Assembly: GCA_039933515.1 (NCBI GenBank)
Contig: JBDTNY010000092.1
Coordinates: 1 to 53,499, forward strand
From: Actinomycetota bacterium
Lineage (GTDB): Bacteria > Actinomycetota > UBA4738 > HRBIN12
Length of the DNA: 53,499 nucleotides
Direction of reading: 5' to 3'
Positions 1-8,216 of the stretch are shown here, one piece after another; position 1 is the first letter of the stretch, and each line of letters starts with the position of its first letter. The position numbers were made by a program, and so were the translations under genes. The notes beneath the pieces were generated by a model. The model did not search any database. It was not told the DNA's origin and saw only the letters and a program-made list of their open reading frames with translations.

Positions 1-1
1 A

Positions 2-322
2 GCCCAGCGGGCTCTGTGCCGCGCGGGCGGGGTGATCGAGGGGCGTGACACGGGGAGCGTGGTCTTCCCCGAGGCCCCGGTGAAGCTCTACCTGGTCGCC
101 CATGCGGGCGTGCGCGCGCATCGGCGTGCCCAGGAACGCGCCGCGCCTACCCGCCATGTGGGGGAGGCGCTCGAGACCAGGGACGAGCGCGACGCGACCG
201 TGAACCCGTTCGAGCCTCCTTCGGGTGCCGTCGTGATCGACACCAGTGCGCTCGACGCCTCGTCGACGCTCGCGGCGGCCCTCGACGCCGTGGGGCGCCG
301 CGCCCCGGGGGTCTTCTCGTGA
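2..322 (+). CDS. cmk: Cytidylate kinase, C-terminal part (5' end outside window)
   Basis: VIEGRDTGSVVFPEAPVKLYL and RDERD motifs; stop overlaps der start (GTGA), the usual cmk-der arrangement. Confidence 0.9.
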   Translation, partial: AQRALCRAGGVIEGRDTGSVVFPEAPVKLYLVAHAGVRAHRRAQERAAPTRHVGEALETRDERDATVNPFEPPSGAVVIDTSALDASSTLAAALDAVGRRAPGVFS

Positions 323-1641
323 CCGCGCCCGCGGGTCTGCCTCGGGTCGCGGTGGTCGGGCGCCAGAACGTTGGCAAGTCCACCCTCGTGAACCGTCTCT
401 TCGGGCAACGTGAGGCGATCGCCCACGACACACCCGGGGTCACGCGCGATCGCGTGCAGGTCGAGGCTGAGTGGCGGGGGAGGCGCTTCGCACTGGTCGA
501 CACGGCCGGGTATCTCGCGGAGGCCAAGGGGGTCGAAGCCCTCGCACGCGTGCAAGCCGATCGGGCGATCGCCGAGGCGGACCTGATCCTGTTGGTGGTC
601 GACGTCACGGCCGGCGTCACCGAAGAGGACGCCGCCCTCGCGCGTCGTCTACGACGCGCGCCGGTGCCGGTCTTGCTCGTCGCGAATAAGGTCGACACCG
701 ACCGGGAGGAGGCCGACGCCACGGCCTTCAACGCGCTCGGCCTGGGAGAGCCGTTCGCCGTGTCGGGCATGCACGGGCGGGCCACCGGCGACCTGTTAGA
801 CCGGATCCTTGCGCTGTTGCCGCAGACGCTCGAGGACGTCGCGGGCGGAGCGGACCAGGAGCCGCGCTTCGCGATCGTGGGGCGCCCCAACGTCGGCAAG
901 TCCAGTCTGTTCAACCGCCTCGTCGGCCACGAGCGCTCGGTCGTGTTCGAGGAGGCCGGGACGACGCGGGATTCCGTCGACGCGGTGGTCGAGTGGCCGC
1001 AAGGGCCAGTCCGCTTCGTCGACACGGCGGGGATGCGCCGTCAGGTGAAGGTCAAAGGGATCGAGTACTTCAGCTTCGTGCGCGCGACCGAGGCGATCGA
1101 GCGCGCGCACGTGGCCGTGCTGGTGATCGACGCAGCGGAGGGGTTCACGGTCGAGGACAAGAAGATCGCGAACCGGGTGGTCGAGGCGGGACGGGCGTTC
1201 ATGCTCGTCGCGAACAAATGGGACCTGGTCGAGGAGAAGGACCGCACGTACAAGATCCTCGCCGAGACCCTGCAGCCATTCGCCCATGCGACGGTCTTGC
1301 GGACTTCTGCCGCGAGTGGTCGCGGCGTCAACCGTCTCCCACCGGTGCTCCTCGACCTCCATGCGAGGTGGACCACGCGCGTGCCTACCTCGAAGGTGAA
1401 CGAGGTCATCCAGCAAGCGCAGCGGGAACGCCCGACGCCGCGCGTGACGGGGAACCTCCACTACGCCACCCAGACGGGCACCGGTCCGCCTTCCTTCGTG
1501 ATCTTCGGCGGCGCGAGGGAGCCCGACGCCGGCTACGGGCGCTACATCGAGAATCGCCTCCGGCGCGAGTTCGATCTGAACGGGATCCCGATCCGCCTGG
1601 TATTCCGACCGCGGAAGCCGCGCGCGAGTCGGGGGGGCTAG
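319..1641 (+). CDS. der: Ribosome biogenesis GTPase Der/EngA
   Basis: Two tandem G domains (GRQNVGKS/DTAG/NKVD and GRPNVGKS/DTAG/NKWD) plus KH-like C-terminus. Confidence 0.97.
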   Translation: MTAPAGLPRVAVVGRQNVGKSTLVNRLFGQREAIAHDTPGVTRDRVQVEAEWRGRRFALVDTAGYLAEAKGVEALARVQADRAIAEADLILLVVDVTAGVTEEDAALARRLRRAPVPVLLVANKVDTDREEADATAFNALGLGEPFAVSGMHGRATGDLLDRILALLPQTLEDVAGGADQEPRFAIVGRPNVGKSSLFNRLVGHERSVVFEEAGTTRDSVDAVVEWPQGPVRFVDTAGMRRQVKVKGIEYFSFVRATEAIERAHVAVLVIDAAEGFTVEDKKIANRVVEAGRAFMLVANKWDLVEEKDRTYKILAETLQPFAHATVLRTSAASGRGVNRLPPVLLDLHARWTTRVPTSKVNEVIQQAQRERPTPRVTGNLHYATQTGTGPPSFVIFGGAREPDAGYGRYIENRLRREFDLNGIPIRLVFRPRKPRASRGG

Positions 1642-1692
1642 TCTGCTACGGACTACCGACCCCAGATTGCCGGCGAGCGTTCCCGTTCCCGG

Positions 1693-1698
1693 TACAAT
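1693..1698 (+). promoter_or_regulatory. -10 element for tRNA-Pro
   Basis: TACAAT 9 nt upstream of the tRNA 5' end. Confidence 0.6.
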
Positions 1699-1707
1699 CA
1701 CCGCTCG

Positions 1708-1782
1708 CGGGCCGTGGCGCAGCTTGGTTAGCGCGTCTGACTGGGGGTCAGAAGGTCGCGGGTTCGAATCCCGCCGGCCCGA
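1708..1782 (+). tRNA. tRNA-Pro(GGG); CCA not cleanly encoded
   Basis: Cloverleaf CGGGCCG...CGGCCCG-A; anticodon arm TCTGA-CTGGGGG-TCAGA; T-arm GGTTCGAATCC; followed by CCCA. Confidence 0.95.
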
Positions 1783-1785
1783 CCC

Positions 1786-2373
1786 ATGAGTGGGACCGGG
1801 GAGTCCTCGCCTGGATCGTCCGCGATCCTGACCGTCCCGAACGTCCTCTCGTTCCTTCGGATCGCGCTGATCCCCGTCTTCTGTGTCTTGATCGTCGGCG
1901 AAGAGTCGACCAAGGCCGGGATCGCGCTCTTCGGCGCGGTCGTGGCGACCGACTGGGTCGACGGCGCGATCGCCCGGCGAACGGGACAGGTGTCCGAGCT
2001 GGGCAAGATCCTGGATCCGGTCGCCGACCGACTGGCGATCGGTGCCGGGTTGATCGCGCTGATGATCCGAGGGGCGTTCCCGGTGTGGGCGGGCGTGGCG
2101 ATCCTGATCCGGGACGCAGCTGTGCTGGTGGGCGGCGCCGTGCTGCTCCTCGGACGGCGTCGCGCGCGGCTCGATGTCACATTCCTCGGTAAGGTCGCGA
2201 CCTTTTCGCTGATGACCGCGGTCCCGGCGATCTCCTGGGGCACGCTCGGCTTCCCGTTCGCAGACGCGGCGCTCGTCGTGGGTTGGGTCGCCTTCGCGGT
2301 CGGCATCGTCGAGTACTACCTGGCGGCCGCGGCGTACCTGGCCGATCTGGGCGCGGCGCGCTCGGGTCCCTGA
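1786..2373 (+). CDS. CDP-alcohol phosphatidyltransferase (PgsA/cardiolipin synthase-like)
   Basis: TVPNVLSFLR and DWVDGAIARR...GKILDPVADR signature; hydrophobic. Confidence 0.92.
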   Translation: MSGTGESSPGSSAILTVPNVLSFLRIALIPVFCVLIVGEESTKAGIALFGAVVATDWVDGAIARRTGQVSELGKILDPVADRLAIGAGLIALMIRGAFPVWAGVAILIRDAAVLVGGAVLLLGRRRARLDVTFLGKVATFSLMTAVPAISWGTLGFPFADAALVVGWVAFAVGIVEYYLAAAAYLADLGAARSGP

Positions 2374-2452
2374 CCGAGGGGCACCGCAGGGCGCTATCGT
2401 GTGCTGGGTCGCTCGCCGGCGGGGCCGGCGGCGAGAGAGAGGGAGGCGCGAC

Positions 2453-2839
2453 GTGGAGTTCCCCGAGGACCTTCGGTACACCAAGGAGCACGAGTGGACG
2501 CGGCTCGAAGGCGGTCGTGTGCGGATCGGCATCACGGACTTCGCACAGGATGCGCTCGGCGACGTGGTCTACGTCGATCTCCCCGAAGTGGGGGCGAGCG
2601 TCGAGGCAGACCAGCCGCTGGGCGAAGTGGAGTCCACGAAGTCGGTGTCCGATGTGTACAGCCCGATCGGCGGCACGGTCGTCGAGCGGAACCCGCTGAT
2701 CGACGAGCACCCCGAGCTCGTGAACGAGCAGCCCTACGGCGACGGATGGTTGGTCGTGATCGAGCCCGCCGACCCGGCCGCGGTGGACTTGCTGATGGAC
2801 GCCTCCAGCTACCAGGCGTTCATCGACGTATCCAGCTGA
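2453..2839 (+). CDS. gcvH: Glycine cleavage system H protein
   Basis: YTKEHEW, GITDFAQDALGDVVYV, VESTKSVSD (lipoyl Lys), PYGDGW; GGAGG RBS before GTG 2453. Confidence 0.96.
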   Translation: MEFPEDLRYTKEHEWTRLEGGRVRIGITDFAQDALGDVVYVDLPEVGASVEADQPLGEVESTKSVSDVYSPIGGTVVERNPLIDEHPELVNEQPYGDGWLVVIEPADPAAVDLLMDASSYQAFIDVSS

Positions 2840-3071
2840 GGAGCGCCGACCCGGCAGCGATATCGGGCTGGCCCCGGCGCGGGCCTGCGACTGCACATCG
2901 AGACTTGACCCCCATCCACCGTTCATCGAGGTGCATCCGCCTGCACAGTCGAGGGTTGCGCCCGGGTCCAGTTGAAGGTTCTGACCTGCTGCGATAGGGT
3001 CTGCTACGTGTTCAGGGTCGAGGGTCGACCCCGGCCTCGACGCTCGCCCAGAGGCCAACCCGAGTGAGGAC

Positions 3072-3539
3072 TTGACAGTGTTCTGTACCCATTGTGGACA
3101 TCCCAACCGTGACGACGCGCGATTCTGCGCGGAGTGCGGGGCTCCACTTCAGAGCGACGCCACGCTCACCCTGACGCCCGTCGAGGGCGAGGATGAGGGA
3201 CACGATGAGTTCCCCTTCCCTCACGACGAACTCGAAGCCGGCCAGGCTCTCGTTCTCGTCAAGCGTGGTCCCAACGCGGGGTCGACGTTCCTGCTGGCCT
3301 CGGAGACCACCACCGTGGGTCGCGGTACGGAAAGCGCCGTGTTTCTCGATGACATCACGGTGTCGCGCGCACATGCGGTCTTCGATCGGCGGAGCGATGG
3401 GTCCTGGTTCGTGCGCGACGTCGGCAGCCTGAATGGGACTTACGTGAACGGCGAGCAGGTCGACGAGACGAAGCTCGCTTCCGGCGATGAGGTCCAGATC
3501 GGCAAGTTCAAACTGACGTTCTTCGCAGCAGGGGAGTGA
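3072..3539 (+). CDS. Zinc-ribbon + FHA domain protein (GarA/OdhI-like)
   Basis: CTHC...CAEC ribbon; FHA motifs GR...FLDDITVSRAHA...GSLNGTYVN; conserved gcvH-FHA-MerR-DUF151-MerR-gcvP synteny. Confidence 0.9.
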   Translation: MTVFCTHCGHPNRDDARFCAECGAPLQSDATLTLTPVEGEDEGHDEFPFPHDELEAGQALVLVKRGPNAGSTFLLASETTTVGRGTESAVFLDDITVSRAHAVFDRRSDGSWFVRDVGSLNGTYVNGEQVDETKLASGDEVQIGKFKLTFFAAGE

Positions 3540-3547
3540 TGGAGCTG

Positions 3548-4291
3548 ATGGCGGGCACGCGCAACTACCAGTCGATCGGCGAGGTGCTGGTGTCGGTCAA
3601 GACTGAGTTCCCCGACATCACGATCTCGAAGATCCGGTTCCTGGAAGCCGAGGGTCTGATCGAGCCGGAGCGCACGCCTTCGGGCTATCGGAAGTTCTAC
3701 GTGGACGACGTCGACCGCCTGAAGTCGATCCTGCGGATGCAGCGCGACGAATACCTCCCGCTGAAGGTCATCAAGGAACGCCTCCTCAAGCAAGACGTCG
3801 ACGAGGCCGCCGGCGCCGACAACCTCGACGGCGAGGGCGACGTGGCGGCCGCTGCGGCGGAGGCCAAGGCCGCGACCGCGAGCGAGGAGGTCGCCGAGGC
3901 GCCGACCGGGCTACAGATGTCGATCGAGGAGATGTCGGCCGCGACGGGCGTCGAGCGCGACCGGATCCGCGAGCTCGAGTCGTACAGCATCGTGTGCTCG
4001 CATGGGCCTGACGGATCGAAGTACTACGACGGAGACGACTACATCATCCTGTCGATCGTGAAGGACTTCTTCCGGTACGGGATCGAGCCCCGCCATCTCA
4101 CGATGTACACGCACTTCGTGGACCGGGAGGCCTCGTTCTTCGAGGCGCTGGTGGCGCCCACGCTCCGACAGAAGAACCCCGACGCCCGCCGTGCCGCGGG
4201 CGAGACGCTCGCCGACCTCTCGGCGACCTCGCGCAAGTTCAAGCAGGCGCTGCTGCGCACGAACCTGCGGGATCACCTGCAGGGCGCGTGA
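3548..4291 (+). CDS. MerR-family transcriptional regulator with two HTH-like repeats
   Basis: SIGEVL...ISKIRFLEAEGLIEPERTPSGYRKF; alternative starts 3536/3539. Confidence 0.9.
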   Translation: MAGTRNYQSIGEVLVSVKTEFPDITISKIRFLEAEGLIEPERTPSGYRKFYVDDVDRLKSILRMQRDEYLPLKVIKERLLKQDVDEAAGADNLDGEGDVAAAAAEAKAATASEEVAEAPTGLQMSIEEMSAATGVERDRIRELESYSIVCSHGPDGSKYYDGDDYIILSIVKDFFRYGIEPRHLTMYTHFVDREASFFEALVAPTLRQKNPDARRAAGETLADLSATSRKFKQALLRTNLRDHLQGA

Positions 4292-5562
4292 ACCCGGCTC
4301 GAGGCCGCCGGATCGTCGCGGCCGCGGCGCTGGGCTTCACGGTCGCCGCACAGGCGACCCTCGTCTCCCTCGCAGCGGGAGGCAGCTCGACCCCACCGCC
4401 GACCCCCGTCCCGCCCAGGGGGTCCCCTTCACCGTTCGTCACGCAACTGCGAACGCCCCATGACCACCTCGAGCGTCCGACGATCGGGGCGGCCGGGGCG
4501 CTCCTGGCCGATCTCGACACCCGGCAGGCGATGTTCGCGAAGAGCGCCGACGTACGGCGGCCGGTCGCGAGTCTGACCAAAGTGATGACCGCGCTCCTCG
4601 TGCTCGAACGGCTGCAACTCGACGATGTCGTCGTGGTGTCGCCCGCCGCCGTCTTCGCGGGCGACGACTACGGGTCGTCGTCGAGCCTCGGGTTGCGCCC
4701 GGGCGAGCGCCAGACGGTGCGGGACCTGGTCTACGCGCTCCTGCTGCAGTCCAGCAACGACGCCGCCGAGGCCCTGTCGATCGAGGTCAGCGGTTCCGTC
4801 GACTCGTTCGTCGGGCTGATGAACCGTCGTGCGCACGCCCTCGGGATGCGCGACACACGGTTCTTCTCGCCGCACGGGCTCGACGACCGGGGACACTCGA
4901 CGGCGCGGGACCTCCTCACGCTGATCGAAGCGGCGTACGACACTCAGGGGTTCGCGCCGATCGTCGCGACGAAGTTCCATAGGATCCCCGCCCCCTCGGG
5001 GCCGGCTCGCATCGTGCAGAACCGGAACGTGCTCCTGTGGTTGTACCCGGGCGCGATCGGGGCGAAGACCGGGCTGACCTTCGGAGCCGGGTTCTGCGTG
5101 ATCGCTGTCGCGGAGCGGGAGGGGCGACGGCTCGTCAGTATCGTGCTCGACGGGGGAGCGGAGCCGTTCTCCGACGCGGCCACCTTGCTCGATTATGGGT
5201 TCGACGGGTTCAGCGAGCACGTGTTCCTACGCGAGGGAGACCTCGTCGGTGACGTGGCGATCCGTGGCGGAACGGTGCCCGTGGTTGCGGGCGCCGAGGT
5301 CGCCGCGCTCGTGCCCACCCGGCTCCTCGACGGGATCGTGCCCACGCTCTCGGTAGCTCCGAAGGCCGCGTACCCACCCCCGGTGGGGGCGCGCATGGGC
5401 ACCGTCGCCGTGACCGCCCACGGCGTGACCTTCGGGAGCGCACCGCTGCTCGCCACCAGGGTTGCACTCCCTCCGCCGCCCGATGGGGGTTCCTGGTGGT
5501 CGCGCGCTGCGTCGGCGGTGGGAGGCGCCGTCCTCGAGGTCGCCGCGGGTCTCGTCGGCTGA
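4288..5562 (+). CDS. D-alanyl-D-alanine carboxypeptidase (peptidase S11)
   Basis: SxxK (ASLTK), SxN (SSND) and KTG motifs; N-terminal signal-like segment. Confidence 0.92.
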   Translation: MNPARGRRIVAAAALGFTVAAQATLVSLAAGGSSTPPPTPVPPRGSPSPFVTQLRTPHDHLERPTIGAAGALLADLDTRQAMFAKSADVRRPVASLTKVMTALLVLERLQLDDVVVVSPAAVFAGDDYGSSSSLGLRPGERQTVRDLVYALLLQSSNDAAEALSIEVSGSVDSFVGLMNRRAHALGMRDTRFFSPHGLDDRGHSTARDLLTLIEAAYDTQGFAPIVATKFHRIPAPSGPARIVQNRNVLLWLYPGAIGAKTGLTFGAGFCVIAVAEREGRRLVSIVLDGGAEPFSDAATLLDYGFDGFSEHVFLREGDLVGDVAIRGGTVPVVAGAEVAALVPTRLLDGIVPTLSVAPKAAYPPPVGARMGTVAVTAHGVTFGSAPLLATRVALPPPPDGGSWWSRAASAVGGAVLEVAAGLVG

Positions 5563-5598
5563 TCTTCGCGCCACGGCGGCCTGCTAGGCTCCGCGGTC

Positions 5599-6180
5599 AT
5601 GACGGAGGTTGCGAGCGTCCTGTTCGGGCGCGAGGACATCCGCCGCCGGGTAGCAGAGCTCGGTCGCACGATCACCGGGGACTACGTGGGGCGTGAGCCC
5701 GTGCTCGTCACGGTGCTGAAGGGCGGCGCGATCTTCCTCGCCGACCTCGTCCGCGCGATCGACCTACCGGCTGAACCCCACTTCATGGCTATCAGCCGGT
5801 ACGACGATGCCTCGGAATCGAAGGGCCGGGTCCGCATCCTGCTCGATCTCGAGGTCGACCTCGCCGGGCGCGACGTGCTGCTCGTCGAAGACATCGTCGA
5901 CACGGGCCTCACCCTGCGAACCCTCCTCGGTGTGATGCGTGCGCGGGGGCCGTCGTCGCTCGAGGTCGTCACCCTGTTGGACAAGTCGGTCCGCAGGATC
6001 GTCCCGCTCGCGCCGCGGTACGTGGGGTTCGACTGCCCCGATCGATTCGTGGTCGGTTATGGGCTCGACGTCGGCGAACGCTACCGGAACCTTCCCGACA
6101 TCCTGCAGGTGGACGACCTTGCGACCCTGATGGCCGATACCGGTGCGCTCGCCGGCATGTGGGAGCCGGCCGGGCCCTAA
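5599..6180 (+). CDS. hpt: Hypoxanthine phosphoribosyltransferase
   Basis: VLKGG, VLLVEDIVDTGLTL PRPP-binding motif, FVVGYGLD...YRNLP. Confidence 0.93.
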   Translation: MTEVASVLFGREDIRRRVAELGRTITGDYVGREPVLVTVLKGGAIFLADLVRAIDLPAEPHFMAISRYDDASESKGRVRILLDLEVDLAGRDVLLVEDIVDTGLTLRTLLGVMRARGPSSLEVVTLLDKSVRRIVPLAPRYVGFDCPDRFVVGYGLDVGERYRNLPDILQVDDLATLMADTGALAGMWEPAGP

Positions 6181-6218
6181 GGTTGCCCGTCCTCGGGCCC
6201 GCGGTTACGCTCGCTGAC

Positions 6219-6692
6219 ATGATCGAGATGGAGCTGACGGGCGTTCGCGTGGAGCTTCCATCGAATCAGCCGATCGTGTTGCTGCGCGAGCGCGGCGGCG
6301 AACGCTACCTGCCGATCTGGATCGGCGCCGCCGAAGCGGCCGCGATCGCCCTCTCGTTGCAGGGTGTGGTGACGCCTCGCCCGATGACGCACGACCTGAT
6401 GAAGAACATCCTGGAAGACCTCTCCGTCCAGGTCAGCCGGATCGTGGTCACCGAGCTTCGGGACGCCACCTTCTTCGCCTCGATCGAGATGCTGCGGCAG
6501 GGGGAGCCCTACGAGATCTCGTCTCGTCCCTCCGACGCGATCGCGCTGGCTGTGCGGATGTCGGTTCCTATCTTCGCGAGCGAAGACGTGCTCGAAGAGG
6601 CATCGATCCTGATCCCGGGCGATGAGGACGAGGAGGTCGAGAAGTTCCGGGAGTTCCTCGACAACATCACGCCCGAAGACTTCGAGAGCTGA
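6219..6692 (+). CDS. Bifunctional nuclease family protein (DUF151)
   Basis: YLPIWIG, RPMTHDL and SRPSDAIALA motifs; TACGCT 7 nt before ATG 6219. Confidence 0.92.
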   Translation: MIEMELTGVRVELPSNQPIVLLRERGGERYLPIWIGAAEAAAIALSLQGVVTPRPMTHDLMKNILEDLSVQVSRIVVTELRDATFFASIEMLRQGEPYEISSRPSDAIALAVRMSVPIFASEDVLEEASILIPGDEDEEVEKFREFLDNITPEDFES

Positions 6693-6698
6693 CGCGAG

Positions 6699-6741
6699 CG
6701 GGCGGCCGAGCGTCCCCCTCGAGCGCTCGGCCGGCCCGTTT
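6699..6741. terminator. GC-rich hairpin between convergent genes (probable terminator)
   Basis: CGGGCGGCCGAGCG ... CGCTCGGCCGGCCCG followed by TTT. Confidence 0.55.
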
Positions 6742-6755
6742 GCCCGCGCTCAGGA

Positions 6756-7211
6756 TCAACCGTAGAAGAACACGGTGACCCAGATCTTCTTCCCGTCTTT
6801 GAACGCGCCGACGGCGACGTGGTGGAAGGCGCCGTCGAGGATGTGCACCCGGTGGACGCTGCTGTGCATGAACGCCCCCTGCAGGTCGCCGATGTCGCCG
6901 GTGGTCCAGCCGATGTTCTCGCCCCACTTGGACCAGCGGCCGACGCCGGACAGGTAGGTGCTCGGATCGCTGGAGTGAAAGAGCGTGTTCGTGCGCGCCA
7001 TCGACACGCTGTGCTTGGCTGCGACCGCGGAGACGTCCCGGTCCAAGGACAGACGGTGCTCGCCGTGGCTCAGGCGGCTGTGGTTCGTGGCCTTGAAGAG
7101 CTGCCACGCGTAGTTCGGTGTTCCCGCTCGGGCCTCGGCGGGAACCAGCCCGAGCACGAGGCTCGTAGCGAGCACCGCCACGAGGCGGGTCGTGTGCCTG
7201 CGTCGTGTCAT
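6756..7211 (-). CDS. Secreted CAP/SCP-domain protein
   Basis: Signal peptide (AEA-RA); CAP motifs HSxxMA, GENIG, FMHSSVHRVHIL; AGGAG RBS before ATG 7211. Confidence 0.88.
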   Translation of the reverse strand: MTRRRHTTRLVAVLATSLVLGLVPAEARAGTPNYAWQLFKATNHSRLSHGEHRLSLDRDVSAVAAKHSVSMARTNTLFHSSDPSTYLSGVGRWSKWGENIGWTTGDIGDLQGAFMHSSVHRVHILDGAFHHVAVGAFKDGKKIWVTVFFYG

Positions 7212-7260
7212 CGCTGTACTCCTGGTCATGGATGCGCTAGTCACTTGTGGCTAGTGATTT

Positions 7261-7289
7261 CCATCGGCGGCCATGCCCGACACCTTGAG
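7261..7289 (-). promoter_or_regulatory. Sigma28/WhiG/FliA-like promoter of the CAP gene
   Basis: CTCAAG-N15-GCCGATGG on - strand. Confidence 0.55.
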
Positions 7290-7313
7290 CGCGGGATCGA
7301 CGCCGTGGGGGCG

Positions 7314-7342
7314 TTGACAGGCCCCCGGATGGGCCATACGCT
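7314..7342 (+). promoter_or_regulatory. SigA-type promoter of the second MerR gene
   Basis: TTGACA-N17-TACGCT. Confidence 0.7.
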
Positions 7343-7376
7343 GCCGAAACACATCGACGTGATTACGGAGTGATGC

Positions 7377-7811
7377 ATGATCGAACAGGGGTTCCGCGCG
7401 CCCGAAGCGGTGCGAATCACCGGCGTCACCTATCGTCAACTCGACTACTGGACACGTACCGATCTCGTCACGCCCTCGATCAACGACGCGCACGGTTCGG
7501 GCACCCAGCGCCTCTACTCGTTCCAGGACCTGGCGACCCTTCGGGTGATCAAGCGACTGCTCGACACCGGGCTCTCGCTCCAGCGTATCCGCACGGCCGT
7601 GGCACACCTGCGCCAGATGGACGAACGTCCCCACGGCGTGACCCTGATGTCCGACGGTGCCGGGATCTACGAGGCGCACTCGCCCGAGGCGGTCGTCGAC
7701 CTCCTCAAGAACGGCCAGGGGGTGTTCGCGATCTCGCTCGATGCCGTCTGGAGCGACCTCGAGTCCGACGTGCAACGGGCGCCCAAGGGCCGCGCGGCCG
7801 GAGGCTCGTGA
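7377..7811 (+). CDS. MerR-family HTH regulator
   Basis: ITGVTYRQLDYWTRTDLVTPS...GSGTQRLYSFQD, typical of the actinobacterial gcvP-linked MerR. Confidence 0.92.
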   Translation: MIEQGFRAPEAVRITGVTYRQLDYWTRTDLVTPSINDAHGSGTQRLYSFQDLATLRVIKRLLDTGLSLQRIRTAVAHLRQMDERPHGVTLMSDGAGIYEAHSPEAVVDLLKNGQGVFAISLDAVWSDLESDVQRAPKGRAAGGS

Positions 7812-8176
7812 GCGCGCAGCCGACCGACCCGCACCTCCTCAAGAGCGACACCGCCCGCTTCGCCCACGCCTCAGAGCGCCAGTTCGCCAAGCTCCTGGAC
7901 TTCTACGCGATCGAATGGGACTACGAGCCCACGTCGTTCGACATCGAGTGGGACCGCGAGGGCAAGGTCACCCAGCGGTTCACGCCCGACTTCTACCTGC
8001 CCGAGTTCGATCTGTACATCGAGATCACGACGCTCAACCAGAAGCTCGTGACCAAGAAGAACCGCAAGGTGCGGCGGCTGCGCGAGCGCTACCCGGAGAT
8101 CACGTGCAAGATCTTCTACCAACGCGATTACCTGTCCCTGGTGACCAAGTACGGCTTGGAAGATGCATCGGGTTGA
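7808..8176 (+). CDS. Hypothetical protein with PD-(D/E)XK nuclease-like motifs
   Basis: GTG overlaps MerR stop (GTGA); SE..FA..L.....WDYEP, FTPDFYLP...YIEITT pattern. Confidence 0.75.
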   Translation: MSAQPTDPHLLKSDTARFAHASERQFAKLLDFYAIEWDYEPTSFDIEWDREGKVTQRFTPDFYLPEFDLYIEITTLNQKLVTKKNRKVRRLRERYPEITCKIFYQRDYLSLVTKYGLEDASG

Positions 8177-8216
8177 CCAGCGGCCGTAGCGCCGCGGCCT
8201 CCGTACACTTCCGGTC

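Noticed and set aside
8177-8216. Glycine riboswitch upstream of gcvPA (or gcvH)
   Set aside because: The gap is too short and no aptamer consensus (GGAGA...CCGAAG...CTCAGG) was found.
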